The translations under genes and the position numbers were made by a program. A stretch of 64,000 nt of DNA. It comes from Catajapyx aquilonaris (lineage: Eukaryota). Where the stretch lies: positions 1 through 64,000 of the forward strand of contig KZ538577.1 in assembly GCA_000934665.2 (NCBI GenBank), given 5' to 3'. The notes under the pieces are model-generated. The model searched no databases. It saw only the letters and a program-made list of their open reading frames with translations, and was not told where the DNA came from. Shown here in pieces: positions 61,052 to 64,000 of the stretch (positions are counted from its first letter, which is position 1; each line of letters begins with the position of its first letter).

Positions 61052-64000
61052 ACTTAGTTCTTCCCACCTCAAATTTTAATTGGCAGTTTGGGAGGCTTCG
61101 CCCACCCGCCAGGATCGCCACACTCTTGTGTACTGTACTACAGCAGCGCCTAATCGGCAACCCCACTCCCTACGGGTGTGAACTGATAACGGCACGCGAT
61201 AATAGGGGGAGTGACCAAACTAAGCGTTATAATACCGTGCATATTTGGTTGAATTAAACCGTATTTTGGTTTAACTAATAAAAAAATTATGGTGTCATAT
61301 GACGTCATGCGAACGTTCAAGAGTGATTGACGCCCGTACCCTTCTAATAAATAAGTGACAAACTCAACGCGCCCGGTGCATTTTGGGTTATTTGTACTTA
61401 ATATCCTCCTAGAAGTAAGAGTGGCAGCGGTTACTTGTGTCATCCATTTCGGGTGCGTTTAAAAATGCATGTGTTTGTCTCCGCGCCCCCTACATGTCGA
61501 CAGAGTCTGGAGGCAAAAGCAACGATCCTTAATAATTGAGGCGGCGGATAAGACCACATCACAGGCGCAGGAATGAGCCTCCTTTATTCTGGAGGGGAAG
61601 GTGGGGGAGGGAGCGTCAATTGACTCCAGACTAGAGCACGGGGGGTGATCTAGCTCCTGGGGGATTTTTAAATATAATTAGCCGGATGAATNGGGGGGGG
61701 TGAATGTCGGCAGAAATGCAAATAGAGGATTTCACACCCTTGAACACATTGTTGCGAGGGTGCTATATCAATAGTCATTTGATGCATATCCAGGTCTACC
61801 GCAAGGATTCCTGGTGACCGAGCAACCTCAATACCATTGATTGTGCGGTTGTGCATTGTGGCCGTTCGGCTGACCTCCAAATTAAATAATTCACTAATGC
61901 CATTAAATGCCGCTCCCACTATACGTCACACACCCCCGTTATACCCATGTACTCAACTTGCATGCCGCTTTTTTTAAATAAAAAAATCCGGTTCTAATTT
62001 AGTCCTAGATATTCCCCGGAGCTTCGTGCTAGATTCTTACATGCAGCTGCTTAGCCATAGTATTATTTAGCGAAGTGCAAATTATGCCTGAGCTAATACG
62101 GGGCAAGTTATATGGCTACACATGGACAAGCCCAGTTTTGGTTATTGAAGCAGTAGAGCGAATGTGCAAAAGGCAGGCCCTTTCATTCCGCGATCTTGGG
62201 AAGAGTTATGCAAGGGAGGTGGGGGGGAGGGGGGAGGGCGTAACGCAAATGTGGCTCTTATAGCCGGTGGCTTTGGGTGCCCATTCCCTCCTCTTATAGT
62301 CTATGCAAGAAGAGGGGGGAGGGAAAAAAGCAGCCGTCTAGTGCTCCCTGGAGGTCATCTATATGCATGTAGGAGGCAGCGTTTTATTTTTGGCCATTTT
62401 CAAGAATAATAGCTACGGGTATCAAATACAAAGTCAAACGAAAGTTAGAGTGCTGGTTTAATCCCATGAGCTTTTGCTATTTCACAAAAGGGGGAGCCCT
62501 TCTCTCCCCCCTCCCTCCCCTTTTCTCCCTACCCCCTCCCCGCACGGAAGGGATACTGTTACCAGAGGCAGGATATGGTGATTTGGATCCCTTCTCCCAA
62601 CTCCTATCCATATTCCATGATTATAATACGTGCCCTCTGGTAAGGTAGCTAATTTTATTCCGTCTGGGTGCAGGGAGGGAGTGAGGTAGGAGAGTGGGCC
62701 AGAGTAAGGGTTTGGGGTAACTCCCCTTCCGTCCCCTTCAACCCACCCACCCACCACCCACCATCTCCATCAGCTCTCTGTCTGCCTACATCCTTTGTTT
62801 CGGATTTGCAGGTAACTCAAAACCCGGCTGGAATTAGGAAAGAGGAGAAAAAAATGGCGGGAACCAACTAGTTAATTAGCGCTATCGAGTTTGATATGCA
62901 ATTGAATATCATTTTTGGGAACATCGGGTCACCAATTGGTAACTGTGTTTATTGTCAGAGAGGGTTCCAAAAAACATGGCGCTGGCAAATAGTCAAATGA
63001 TTACTCTTTAATTAACATAATGGAGTTTGAAATAATCTCATTAAAATGCCACTGAGCTGTGTCACCAATATTGGTAACCATGTTTATAGTCAGGGAGTCC
63101 AAAAGATGCGATCCAGTTTTTTAAAAATGCGATAATATTTTTTATAGCGCCTTACTATCAATCCTGCCTGGAGAAACAGAACGGATCCAAACTCTCTCAT
63201 ATCGTATTAGAAACGTAACGCATGACGTGTCAATAATCTAGTGTCAATATAGCCTAGAAATGAGAATCGTAAAATAATCGCGGATGTAAAATTTAATTAA
63301 AGTCGACAAGAACCGGCGGACGGGGAGGGGATAAGGTTGCCCCAGGACATAATCACATAATAACTCCCTCTGATATCAGAAATTCAACTTTCTCCTTGGA
63401 GAGTTACACGCGGATTCGAGTTCTGACGTATAGGCCCACCTCGAGTTGAGCCCAACTAAGTTTCCTGAGTTTTATTTGGCCCATTAGGGAGCTCAGTCGC
63501 CGCAATTCAATCGTACTTGACTGGTCTGGAAAACGCATACAATCAGCGCCTAATGAAGATGTATATGAAAAAGTAATTAACGTATGCCAAATTCATGCGG
63601 TATACCTCAATCTAAGAGTTTGGGTTCAACTTTTAAGCCTGCCCCCCTTTTTGTTTTTTTTGTTTCTCACCACAGATTGGCGACTGATTGTGGCCAAAAC
63701 ATTTTTCCGCAAAAATACAGGTAGGAATAGATTCTTGGGGGTGTCCAAACCACACTGGTATGACTAATCAACGATTGTTAACGGCTAATTGCATTAGGCA
63801 GCCTCCCCAGCACTGATTGAGAGTCCTTGTGATTTCTGTTAACACGAGAGCACAAATTAGCATGTACTTAATGCTTGAAAAATGTGTCGATGGGCTCCAT
63901 CCCCGTATTTGGCTACATTACACCGGATAGTTACCACGATAATAATTGAATTGCTGATCGAGCTGAAAATATACAAATCGGATTCGAATGCGAGCGGCTA

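Noticed and set aside
60724..61257. 177-aa poly-Ala ORF
   Set aside because: Runs through a (GCC)n tract and two mobile elements and contains an N.

Overview
Eukaryotic, most likely arthropod, genomic DNA with small assembly gaps. I can support one protein-coding gene: a four-coding-exon juvenile hormone acid O-methyltransferase-like gene (JHAMT family) on the minus strand at 3658-5793. Manual splicing at GT-AG sites gives 282 aa. The remaining ~58 kb shows no credible coding sequence. It is rich in short non-autonomous mobile elements: five tRNA-derived SINE copies with target-site duplications (TSDs) and swapped modules, TA-flanked Tc1/mariner-type MITEs (several long fold-backs, two nested stacks), hAT MITEs with 8-bp TSDs, PIF/Harbinger-type MITEs and a TTAA Kolobok/T2-type MITE. 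The most unusual observation is a ~290-bp palindromic element present twice (10.0 kb, 60.5 kb). Its asymmetric flanks lie in the same orientation in both copies, but its central hairpin is inverted (flip/flop), and each copy has differences mirrored in both arms. All calls are from reading the sequence by eye; no database searches were run.
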